From the NCBI GenBank assembly GCA_036554665.1, contig DATBMU010000035.1, forward strand, positions 1-39,656: 39,656 nt of DNA. The letters are read 5' to 3'. Under the pieces are notes generated by a model. It searched no databases. It worked only from the letters and a program-made list of their open reading frames with translations, and was not told the DNA's origin. Of this stretch, positions 17,201 to 24,668 are shown in pieces. The stretch is from Actinomycetota bacterium. GTDB lineage: Bacteria; Actinomycetota; UBA4738; HRBIN12. The first letter of the stretch is position 1. Every line of letters begins with the position of its first letter. Made by a program: the position numbers and the translations under genes.

Positions 17201-17233
17201 ATCCGATAACGACCCCGACGTCAGGCTGGCGGC

Positions 17234-17875
17234 ATGCCCGACGTCATCCTTCCCGTCCTCGATGAGGCCGAGGCCCTTCCGTGGGTGCTCCGGCGCTTCC
17301 CGGCGGGCTTCACCCCGATCGTGGTCGACAACGGCTCGACCGACGGATCGGGCCGGATCGCCCGGGCCCTCGGCGCCCGCGTCGTCCTCGAGCCGCTCCG
17401 GGGGTTCGGCGCCGCGTGCGCCGCGGGGCTCATCGCCGCCACCTCCGAGGTCGTGGCCTTCATGGACGCGGACGGATCGCTCGATCCCGTCGATCTGCCG
17501 TCGGTGACCGGCCCGGTGGAGCATCGGGAGGCGGATCTCGTCCTCGGTGAGCGGGTGGCCGAAGCGGGCGCCTGGCCGCTCCACGCCCGGGTCGGGAACC
17601 GCGCGGTGGCGTGGGAGGTCCGGCGCCGGACCAGGGTGTCACTGCGCGACCTCGGCCCGATGCGGGCCGCGCGCCGCGATGCACTGCGATCCCTCGGCAT
17701 CGGGGATCGGCGCTTCGGCTGGCCGCTCGAGATGGTCGTGCGCGCCGCGGAGGCCGGCTGGCGGATCCGGGAGGTGCCGGTGCCGTACCGCGCCCGCGCG
17801 GGCCGTTCGAAGGTGACGGGGACGGTCCGCGGGACCGCGAGGACGGTGCGGGACATGGCGAAGGTGCTGCGGTGA
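17234..17875 (+). CDS. Family-2 glycosyltransferase (short, soluble, polyprenyl-phosphate sugar synthase-like)
   Basis: 213 aa. VILPVLDEAEALP, VVDNGSTDGS, FMDADGS (DxD), and RGFGAACAAG acceptor-loop-like motif. Confidence 0.8.
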   Translation: MPDVILPVLDEAEALPWVLRRFPAGFTPIVVDNGSTDGSGRIARALGARVVLEPLRGFGAACAAGLIAATSEVVAFMDADGSLDPVDLPSVTGPVEHREADLVLGERVAEAGAWPLHARVGNRAVAWEVRRRTRVSLRDLGPMRAARRDALRSLGIGDRRFGWPLEMVVRAAEAGWRIREVPVPYRARAGRSKVTGTVRGTARTVRDMAKVLR

Positions 17876-18519
17876 GCGTGGCGCTGCTCGTGCTCGCGAA
17901 GTCCCCCGCGCCGGGCCGGTCGAAGACGCGGCTCTGCCCACCCTGCTCCTTCGATCAGGCGGCGTGCCTCGCCGAGGCGGCGCTCCTCGACACGCTCGAA
18001 GCGGTCGAGGCCGCGCGCACCCCGGGGAGGAGGGTGCTCGTGCTCGACGGTGAGCCGGGACCCTGGCGGCGACCGGGATGGGACGTCCTCGCCCAGCGGG
18101 GCCGGGGTATGGACGAACGGCTCGCGAACGCGTTCGCCGACGCGGGAGGCCCGGGGCTGCTCGTCGGCATGGACACGCCGCAGATCACGCCGGCGCTCCT
18201 CCGCGCATCCGTCGACACGCTGTGCGACCGCGGCGCGGTGCTCGGCCGCGCGGAGGACGGTGGCTACTGGGCGATCGGGCTTCGCGAGCCGGACCCGGCG
18301 GTGTTCCTCGGCGTCCCGATGAGCACCGCCAGCACGTTCCGGGCCCAACGCTGCAGGTTGCGGTCCCTGGGGATCGGATGCGAGGAGCTCCCGCCGCTCC
18401 GAGACGTGGACACGATCGACGACGCGTGGGCTGTGGCCGCGCGGGCGCCCACGTCCCGGTTCGCGCGGACGCTCGACGCGATCGGGAGCTCGATCCGACC
18501 GGCCGGGGCCATCGCGTGA
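17872..18519 (+). CDS. DUF2064 / CofC-like nucleotidyltransferase-fold protein
   Basis: GTG 17872 overlaps the upstream stop (GTGA). N-terminal LVLAKSPAPGRSKTRL is the DUF2064 hallmark. Also GMDTPQIT and DGGYWAIGL. Confidence 0.75.
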   Translation: MSVALLVLAKSPAPGRSKTRLCPPCSFDQAACLAEAALLDTLEAVEAARTPGRRVLVLDGEPGPWRRPGWDVLAQRGRGMDERLANAFADAGGPGLLVGMDTPQITPALLRASVDTLCDRGAVLGRAEDGGYWAIGLREPDPAVFLGVPMSTASTFRAQRCRLRSLGIGCEELPPLRDVDTIDDAWAVAARAPTSRFARTLDAIGSSIRPAGAIA

Positions 18520-19142
18520 GCGTCGTCGCCGACGAGGTCCGCGCCGTGGCCCGGCCGGCCGTCCGGCTCCGATCGGATCGAGGCGATCTCCTGCCGCTCG
18601 AGGTGGATCGGTGGTACGCCGAGCCGAGCGACGCCGAGCACGAGGTGCTGTCGCGCGCCATCCCACCTGTGCTCGATGTCGGCTGCGGTCCTGCCCGCCA
18701 CACGCTCGCGCTCCGGGCGCGCGGGGTCCCGGCGGTCGGGGTCGACGTCGCAGCCGGGGCCGTCCGCGTCGCGCGGGGTCGGGGCGCGCCGGTGCTGCAC
18801 CGCTCCGTGTTCGATCGGCTCCCGAACGAAGGTGCCTGGGGGACGGCGCTCCTGCTGGACGGGAACATCGGCATCGGCGGTGACCCCGTGTCCCTCCTCG
18901 CCCGGATCCGGCGCGTGCTCCGATCACGGGGGCGCGTGCTGCTCGAGCTGGATCGGCCGGGGACGCCGACCGATTCCTTCCTCGCGCGGATCGAGGGCTC
19001 CGGCTCGGGCTCCTGGTTCCCGTGGGCCCGGGTCGGAACGGACGCGATCGCGACGGTCGCTCGGGAGGCGGGGCTCGTGCTCCGCGAGGTATGGGAGGCG
19101 GACGACCGCTGGTTCGGGTGCCTCGACCGGCGACCGCCGTGA
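18516..19142 (+). CDS. Class I SAM-dependent methyltransferase
   Basis: GTG 18516 overlaps the upstream stop (GTGA). Motif I VLDVGCGPARH, and post-I acidic GVDV. Confidence 0.75.
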   Translation: MSVVADEVRAVARPAVRLRSDRGDLLPLEVDRWYAEPSDAEHEVLSRAIPPVLDVGCGPARHTLALRARGVPAVGVDVAAGAVRVARGRGAPVLHRSVFDRLPNEGAWGTALLLDGNIGIGGDPVSLLARIRRVLRSRGRVLLELDRPGTPTDSFLARIEGSGSGSWFPWARVGTDAIATVAREAGLVLREVWEADDRWFGCLDRRPP

Positions 19143-20335
19143 CCGGTCGCACCGAACGTCCACCGGCCTCCCGTCTGCGGCGGCTCGCGCCCCCGCGGGT
19201 GGGACCGTTCCGAGAGGGCGCGTTCCGGAGCGCGCTGCATTCCGTACGCAACGCCGCGTGGCTCGGCATCGCGCTCGGCGTCGCGTTCTCCGTCTGCTTC
19301 CTGACGGGTCTGCTCTCCCACCTGATCCAGCATCCGCCCGCCTGGTTCGGGTGGCCCGCCCGCCCGGCGTGGCTGTACCGCGTGACCCAGGGCGTGCACG
19401 TCGCGACCGGGCTGGCGGCGATCCCGCTACTGCTCGCCAAGCTGTGGGTGGTCGCGCCTCGCTTCTGGACCTGGCCACCGTTCCGGAGCCGCTCCCATCT
19501 GCTCGAGCGGCTGACGTTGCTCCCGTTGGTCGGCGGCAGCCTGTTCCTGCTCTTCACCGGCATCGGCAGCATCAACCGGTTCCGTCCTTGGAGCTTCTCG
19601 TTCCCGGCCGCCCACTACGCGGCGGCGTGGATCGCGATCGGCGGTCTCGTCGCCCACGTCGGTGCGAAGCTGCACGTGGCGGCGCGCGCGCTGTCGCGGC
19701 AGCACCTCCCGGAGACCCGGGCGCGGGAGACGGCGGCGCTCTCGCGACGCGGCTTCCTCGGTGCGGCCGCCGCGGCGGCGCTCGCGGTGACGGTGGCCAC
19801 CGTCGGACAGACCCTGCGTCCCCTCCGGCGCGTCTCCGTGCTCGCTCCGCGCGACCCGGCCGTGGGGCCCCAGGGCGTGCCGGTGAACCGGACGGCGCGC
19901 TCGGCCGGCGTCACGGCGACGGCCACGAGCCCCGACTACCGGCTCACCGTCGTGGGGAACGTGCGGACGCCGCTGTCGCTCTCCCTGGCAGAGCTCCGCG
20001 GGCTCCCCTCGCGCGAGGCCGATCTCACGGTGACGTGCGTCGACGGCTGGAGCGCCACCGCCGCGTGGCGCGGCATCCCCGTCCGCGACCTCCTCGCGCT
20101 CGCCGGGGTCGGTGCGCGACCGACGGTCGAGGTCGTCTCGCTCCAGGCACCCGGGTCGGCGTACGCGACCTCGATCCTCGACGCGGACCACGTCGCCGAT
20201 CCCGACACGTTGCTCGCGTTCGACCTCAACGGCGAGCCGCTCGTGCTCGACCACGGGTTCCCGGTTCGCCTGATCGCGCCGAACCGACCGGGCGTCATGC
20301 AGACGAAGTGGGTGACGGAGGTGGTCGTCTCATGA
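19139..20335 (+). CDS. Membrane-anchored molybdopterin oxidoreductase (5 TM plus SUOX-fold Moco domain)
   Basis: GTG 19139 overlaps the upstream stop (GTGA). Four His-containing TM helices, then the twin-arginine motif SRRGFLGAAAAAA (19742-19762 onward) forming TM5. C-terminal domain: DYRLTVVG, LTVTCVDGWS (Mo-ligand Cys context), LNGEPL..DHGFPVRLI.P...G...KWV. Confidence 0.8.
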   Translation: MTGRTERPPASRLRRLAPPRVGPFREGAFRSALHSVRNAAWLGIALGVAFSVCFLTGLLSHLIQHPPAWFGWPARPAWLYRVTQGVHVATGLAAIPLLLAKLWVVAPRFWTWPPFRSRSHLLERLTLLPLVGGSLFLLFTGIGSINRFRPWSFSFPAAHYAAAWIAIGGLVAHVGAKLHVAARALSRQHLPETRARETAALSRRGFLGAAAAAALAVTVATVGQTLRPLRRVSVLAPRDPAVGPQGVPVNRTARSAGVTATATSPDYRLTVVGNVRTPLSLSLAELRGLPSREADLTVTCVDGWSATAAWRGIPVRDLLALAGVGARPTVEVVSLQAPGSAYATSILDADHVADPDTLLAFDLNGEPLVLDHGFPVRLIAPNRPGVMQTKWVTEVVVS

Positions 20336-20787
20336 GCGCCGCCGACCGGATCTCGGGGACCGAGCCCGAGGACCCCGGCGGCCGGCTCTTCTGGTGCTGT
20401 TCCGTCGTCGGGTGGATCTCGATCGGGTTCGGGATCTGGACGCTGTTCGCCCGCGCCGGAGCGACCAGGCCCGCGGGCTTCGCGGCCTGGTTCGTGGGGC
20501 TCGCGGTTGCGCACGATCTCCTCGTCGTTCCCGCGGTCTCGCTCGTCGCCGTGTGGCTGGTCCCGCGCGTCCCCCGGCGGGTCGCCGGTCCGGTGGTGGG
20601 TGCCGCGATCGTGAGCGCGATCCTCGCGCTCGTCTCGCTCCCACCGCTGCTTGGCGACCCGGCCGACAACCCGTCCCTCCTCCCGAGGAACTACGTCGCC
20701 GGCCTGGTCGTCGCGCTGGTGGTCGTCTGGGGGGCCACGGCGACGTGGATCGGTGCGTCGCTCGTCCGTCGCCGGAGGGCGTCGTGA
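20332..20787 (+). CDS. Small 4-TM membrane protein (hypothetical)
   Basis: ATG 20332 overlaps the upstream stop (ATGA). 151 aa with four hydrophobic helices. Confidence 0.6.
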   Translation: MSAADRISGTEPEDPGGRLFWCCSVVGWISIGFGIWTLFARAGATRPAGFAAWFVGLAVAHDLLVVPAVSLVAVWLVPRVPRRVAGPVVGAAIVSAILALVSLPPLLGDPADNPSLLPRNYVAGLVVALVVVWGATATWIGASLVRRRRAS

Positions 20788-22106
20788 GGGCGCCCACCCT
20801 GGAGCGCGTCGCGCGGCCCGGTCCGGCATCCGGCGGCGCGGGCGGCACCTCCGCGTGGGTGGCCGTGGCGGCCACCGCGCTGGCCGTGGTCGCGGTGCAC
20901 GTCTGGGGCCGCTGGCTCCAGGCCCGTGGGCACCGGCTGTTCGTGAACCTCCCGCCGCTCACGGGGCACCTCGACCTCCGCCTCGGGTGGCAGGCGGTCG
21001 CCGCGCCCGTGGCGGCCGTGGCGGCGGTGGTCTGGGGGCCGGCGCTCGCCGCCCGTCTGCGCTGGCGTCGCCTGCTGGTCCTCTGCCTGCTCGCCGCCGC
21101 GACGTGGGCGCTCGCGCTCGCGATCACGGAAGGCGTCGGCGGCGTCCTGCGCTCGCCGGCGAGCCCGCGCGACTACCTGAGCGACGCCCCCTCGATCGAG
21201 GGACCGGTGCCGTTCCTCCGCACCTACGTCGACGAGATCGATCGCTACGCGACCCACGTGCGAGCCCACCCGCCCGGCATGACGCTGCTCGCCTGGGCGC
21301 TCGACCGTGCCGGCGGCGGGCCGGCCTGGCTCGCGGGCCTCGAGATCGTGATCGGTGCCTCGGCGATCCCCGCGGCGCTGATCGCGCTCCGCGAGACGTC
21401 CGGGGAACGGAGCGCCCGCGCGGCGGCGCCCTTCCTCGTGTTCGCGCCGGCCGCGATCACGCTCGGCTCCTCGGGCGATGCGCTCTTCGCCGGGGTCGGC
21501 GCGTGGGCCGTGACCCTGGTCGTGCTCGCGACCGGGCGCCACGGTAGCCGCGCCGACGCGCTCGCGGTCGCCGGTGGCTCGCTGTTCGGCGCGGCCGCGT
21601 TCCTGTCCTACGGGCTCGTGCTCCTGGCGGCGATCCCGCTCGCCGTCGCCGGTTCCCGGCGTCGGGCTCGTCCGATCCTGCTCGCCGGGCTCGGTGCCGT
21701 GCCCGTGTTCGCCGCCTTCTGGGTGGGCGGGTTCTCGTGGCTCGACGGGCTCGCCGCGACGCGCGTGGAATACGCGGAGAGCGTGGCCCGCTTCCGCCCG
21801 TACGCGTACTTCCTGGTCGCGAACCTCGCTGCGTTCGCCCTCGTGCTCGGGCCGGCCGGCGTGGCGGGCCTGGCCCGGCTGCGCCGGCGCTCGACGTGGG
21901 TGCTCGTCGGAGGGGCGCTCGTCGCGGTCGCGCTCGCGGACCTGTCCGGGATGTCCAAGGCCGAGGTCGAGCGGATCTGGCTGCCGTTCGTCCCGTGGGT
22001 GCTCCTCGCGACGAGCGCGCTGCCGCGCGGTGCCGCTCGTGGCTGGCTGGCCGCGAACGTCGGGACGGCGTTGGCGCTCGAGGTGGCGGTGACGCAACCG
22101 TGGTGA
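20784..22106 (+). CDS. Polytopic membrane protein, GT-C (ArnT/PMT)-like candidate
   Basis: GTG 20784 overlaps the upstream stop (GTGA). 440 aa with 10 or more TM helices. The first large loop carries YVDEIDRYATHVRAHPPGMTLL, resembling the DExxH ... HPPL loop motif of ArnT/PMT-type GT-C enzymes. Confidence 0.5.
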   Translation: MRAPTLERVARPGPASGGAGGTSAWVAVAATALAVVAVHVWGRWLQARGHRLFVNLPPLTGHLDLRLGWQAVAAPVAAVAAVVWGPALAARLRWRRLLVLCLLAAATWALALAITEGVGGVLRSPASPRDYLSDAPSIEGPVPFLRTYVDEIDRYATHVRAHPPGMTLLAWALDRAGGGPAWLAGLEIVIGASAIPAALIALRETSGERSARAAAPFLVFAPAAITLGSSGDALFAGVGAWAVTLVVLATGRHGSRADALAVAGGSLFGAAAFLSYGLVLLAAIPLAVAGSRRRARPILLAGLGAVPVFAAFWVGGFSWLDGLAATRVEYAESVARFRPYAYFLVANLAAFALVLGPAGVAGLARLRRRSTWVLVGGALVAVALADLSGMSKAEVERIWLPFVPWVLLATSALPRGAARGWLAANVGTALALEVAVTQPW

Positions 22107-23167
22107 GCCGCGTGCTCGTCACCGGTGGCGCGGGCTTCATCGGGTCGCACGTGGTCGACGAGCTCGTGGAACGCGGGGTCGAGGTCGTCGTGCTCGACGC
22201 CCTGATCCCACAGGCGCATGCGGCTCGACCGCCGTACCTGAACCCGGCCGCCGAGCTGGTGCTCGGCGATCTCCGGGACGGCGAGCTCCTCGAGCGCGCG
22301 CTCCGTGGCGTCGACGCGGTGTGTCACCAGGCCTCGATGGTGGGTCTCGGCGTCGACCTGCGCGATCTGACCGACTACGCGGCGCACAACGACCTCGGGA
22401 CCGCGAGCCTGCTCCGGGCGATGCACCGATGCGGCTCCGCCGGACGGATCGTGCTCGCGAGCAGCATGGTCGTCTACGGCGACGGGCGGTACCGGTGCCC
22501 CGTGCACGGCGACGTCCGACCGGGGCCGCGGCCCGTGGAGCGGCTCGCGGTCGGGGCGTTCGACCCCGTCTGCCCGAGCTGCGATCGCGACCTCGAGCCG
22601 CTCGCCGTCGGCGAGGACGCCCCCGGCGATCCGCGGAGCGTCTACGCGGCGACGAAGCTCCACCAGGAGCACCTGTGTGCCGTGTTCGGGCGCGAGACCG
22701 GGACGCCCGTGACGGTGCTCCGCTACCACAACGTGTTCGGGCCTCGGATGCCGCATCGGACGCCGTACGCGGGGGTCGCGAGCGTGTTCCGGAGCGCGCT
22801 CGAGGCGGGTCGACCGCCCCGCGTGTTCGAGGACGGGCGCCAGATCCGGGACTTCGTGCACGTCGAGGACGTCGCGCGAGCGAACGCGCTCGCGCTGCTC
22901 GCCGAGCCCGCGGTCCCCGGCGCGCTCAACGTCGCCAGCGGATCGCCGCGGACGATCGGAGCGATGGCGAACGCGATCTCGGCCGCGTTCGGCGAGCGGG
23001 CGCCGTCCCCGGTCGTGACCGGGGACTTCCGGCTGGGCGACGTGCGCCACGTGTTCGCGTCGACCGCGCGAGCGGAGCGCGAGCTCGGGTTCCGCGCGCG
23101 CGTGGACTTCGAGACGGGGATGCGCGGGTTCGCCCGGGCACGGCTCCGAGCCGCGGCGAACGCGTAA
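22103..23167 (+). CDS. NAD-dependent epimerase/dehydratase (extended SDR) with a Cys/His insertion
   Basis: GTG 22103 overlaps the upstream stop (GTGA). VTGGAGFIGSH Rossmann motif and catalytic YAATK. About 45-aa insertion containing CPVH ... CPSC. Confidence 0.85.
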   Translation: MSRVLVTGGAGFIGSHVVDELVERGVEVVVLDALIPQAHAARPPYLNPAAELVLGDLRDGELLERALRGVDAVCHQASMVGLGVDLRDLTDYAAHNDLGTASLLRAMHRCGSAGRIVLASSMVVYGDGRYRCPVHGDVRPGPRPVERLAVGAFDPVCPSCDRDLEPLAVGEDAPGDPRSVYAATKLHQEHLCAVFGRETGTPVTVLRYHNVFGPRMPHRTPYAGVASVFRSALEAGRPPRVFEDGRQIRDFVHVEDVARANALALLAEPAVPGALNVASGSPRTIGAMANAISAAFGERAPSPVVTGDFRLGDVRHVFASTARAERELGFRARVDFETGMRGFARARLRAAANA

Positions 23168-23201
23168 CGGACGGGTCCGGACGGAGGACGGAGGGGACGG
23201 G

Positions 23202-23813
23202 ATGCGGGACGCGGCGAGCCTGACGAGGACGATCCGGCGTCACCCGTGGCGGTGGGCGCTCGCCGTGGTGCTCGTGGCCGGCGCGATCGGGTTCGCCCTG
23301 TACTGGTTCGCGCCGTGGAACCTGATCGTGGACCGCCGCGTCGACGAGGCGCTGCCCACCGTCACGAGCGACGCGGGGGACCCCCCCGCGTCGACCTCGG
23401 GTGAGGGGACCGGCACCGGAACCGAAGGGACCGACGACGAGCCCGCTGTGGATGCTCCTGCCCGGATCGCGCTGGCGCGGGGGGCGTTCCGCGGCCTCGA
23501 GCACGCGACCTCGGGGACCGCGCTCCTCGTCCAGCTCGCGGACGGGTCCCGGTTCCTGCGGCTGGAGGACCTCGAGACCTCGAACGGACCGGACCTGCGC
23601 GTGATCGTCACCGACCGGCCGCTCTCGCAGGACTGGCACGTCTGGGACGACGGCGAGTACGTCGACCTCGGCCCGTTGAAGGGGAACCTCGGGAGCTCGA
23701 ACTACCGGATCCCGGCCGATCTCGACCTCTCGGGGTTCCGCACGGCGGTGATCTGGTGCCGGCGCTTCAGCGTCGGCTTCGGCGTGGCCCCGCTGGCCGC
23801 CGTGCCGGGATGA
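23202..23813 (+). CDS. Membrane-anchored DM13-domain protein
   Basis: GGAGGGGA SD before ATG 23202. N-terminal anchor WRWALAVVLVAGAIGFALYWF. DM13 pattern GAFRGLEH.TSGTA...DGSRFLRLEDLETSNGPDLRV ... LGPLKGNLGSSNYRIP ... AVIWCRRFSVGFGVAPL. Confidence 0.75.
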   Translation: MRDAASLTRTIRRHPWRWALAVVLVAGAIGFALYWFAPWNLIVDRRVDEALPTVTSDAGDPPASTSGEGTGTGTEGTDDEPAVDAPARIALARGAFRGLEHATSGTALLVQLADGSRFLRLEDLETSNGPDLRVIVTDRPLSQDWHVWDDGEYVDLGPLKGNLGSSNYRIPADLDLSGFRTAVIWCRRFSVGFGVAPLAAVPG

Positions 23814-23816
23814 TCC

Positions 23817-24659
23817 TCAGATCGTGGCCGGCCGCACCCCGGTCGCGATCAGCGTGAAGCAGACCGCGGCCGCCGCGAGCCGGTACCACAGGAAGATCGC
23901 GAAGTCGCGCGTCCGCAGGTACGACAGGAGGAACGCGATCACCATGAACCCGGAGACGGCCGACGCGATCGTCCCCGCGAGGAACGCGCCGCCCATGCCG
24001 GCCGGGATCCCTTCGCGCAGCAGGTCGATCCCCTTGTAGAGGCCGGCCCCCGCGATGATCGGCAGCGACAGCAGGAACGAGAACCGGGCCGCGGTCGGCC
24101 GGTCGAAGGACATCAGGCGCGCGGCCGACATCGTGACGCCGGAGCGGGAGATACCGGGCTGCAACGCGGCGGCCTGCGCGACCCCGAGCCACCAGCCGTT
24201 GGCGACCGACAGGTCGTCGAGGTGGCGTCGTGTCGAGGCGAGCCGGTCGATCACGTAGATCACGACGCCGAACACGGCGAGCATCAGCGCGATCAGCCAC
24301 GGCTGCCCGAGCTCGTCCTGGATCACGCCCTCGAGGGCCACACCGAGCACGACGCCCGGGATCGTGCCGACGACGAGCGCCCAGGCGAGCCGCTCGTCCG
24401 TCCCGGAGACGCTCCTCACGCGGATCGAGCCGAGCCACGCCCGCGCGTAGCGCACGACGTCGTGACGGAAGTAGACGAGCGCCCCGACGAGCGTCCCCAT
24501 GTGCAGCGCCACGTCGAACGTCTTGTTGAGGTCGGGGTCGTTCAGGATCGGCCACTCGAACAGCCACGGGACCAGGATCAGATGGCCCGAGCTCGAGACC
24601 GGGGCGAACTCGGTCACACCCTGGGTGATGCCGAGCACGATCGCCTGCAGGATGCTCAG
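23817..24659 (-). CDS. uppP: Undecaprenyl-diphosphate phosphatase
   Basis: QGVTEFAPVSSSGHL and the rest of the BacA/UppP fold. The track start (GTG 24638) removes most of TM1. The in-frame upstream codons read LSILQAIV, as in UppP N-termini. GGAGGAAGG lies 8 nt (counted from the GGAGG core) before CTG 24657-24659, so I place the start there. Confidence 0.8.
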   Translation of the reverse strand: MSILQAIVLGITQGVTEFAPVSSSGHLILVPWLFEWPILNDPDLNKTFDVALHMGTLVGALVYFRHDVVRYARAWLGSIRVRSVSGTDERLAWALVVGTIPGVVLGVALEGVIQDELGQPWLIALMLAVFGVVIYVIDRLASTRRHLDDLSVANGWWLGVAQAAALQPGISRSGVTMSAARLMSFDRPTAARFSFLLSLPIIAGAGLYKGIDLLREGIPAGMGGAFLAGTIASAVSGFMVIAFLLSYLRTRDFAIFLWYRLAAAAVCFTLIATGVRPATI

Positions 24660-24668
24660 GGGACCTTC

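Noticed and set aside
17234-18519. GT2 + DUF2064 pair as an arsenosugar or rSAM-selenodomain-type (TIGR04283/TIGR04282-like) system
   Set aside because: The pairing is reminiscent of those systems. However, there is no radical-SAM (ArsS-like) gene, no selenium or arsenic gene, and the GT2 acceptor-loop motif (RGFGAACAAG) does not look like that family to me. I cannot support this without HMM scores.
17221-19575. 784-aa antisense ORF across the GT2, DUF2064, methyltransferase and Moco genes. Similar Arg/Pro-rich ORFs include 2650..3795, 3474..4676, 9913..11661, 20691..22097 and 27656..29452.
   Set aside because: It has the same shadow-ORF signature as above. The sense-strand genes have motifs, GC3 bias and coupled start/stop geometry, and the antisense translations have none.
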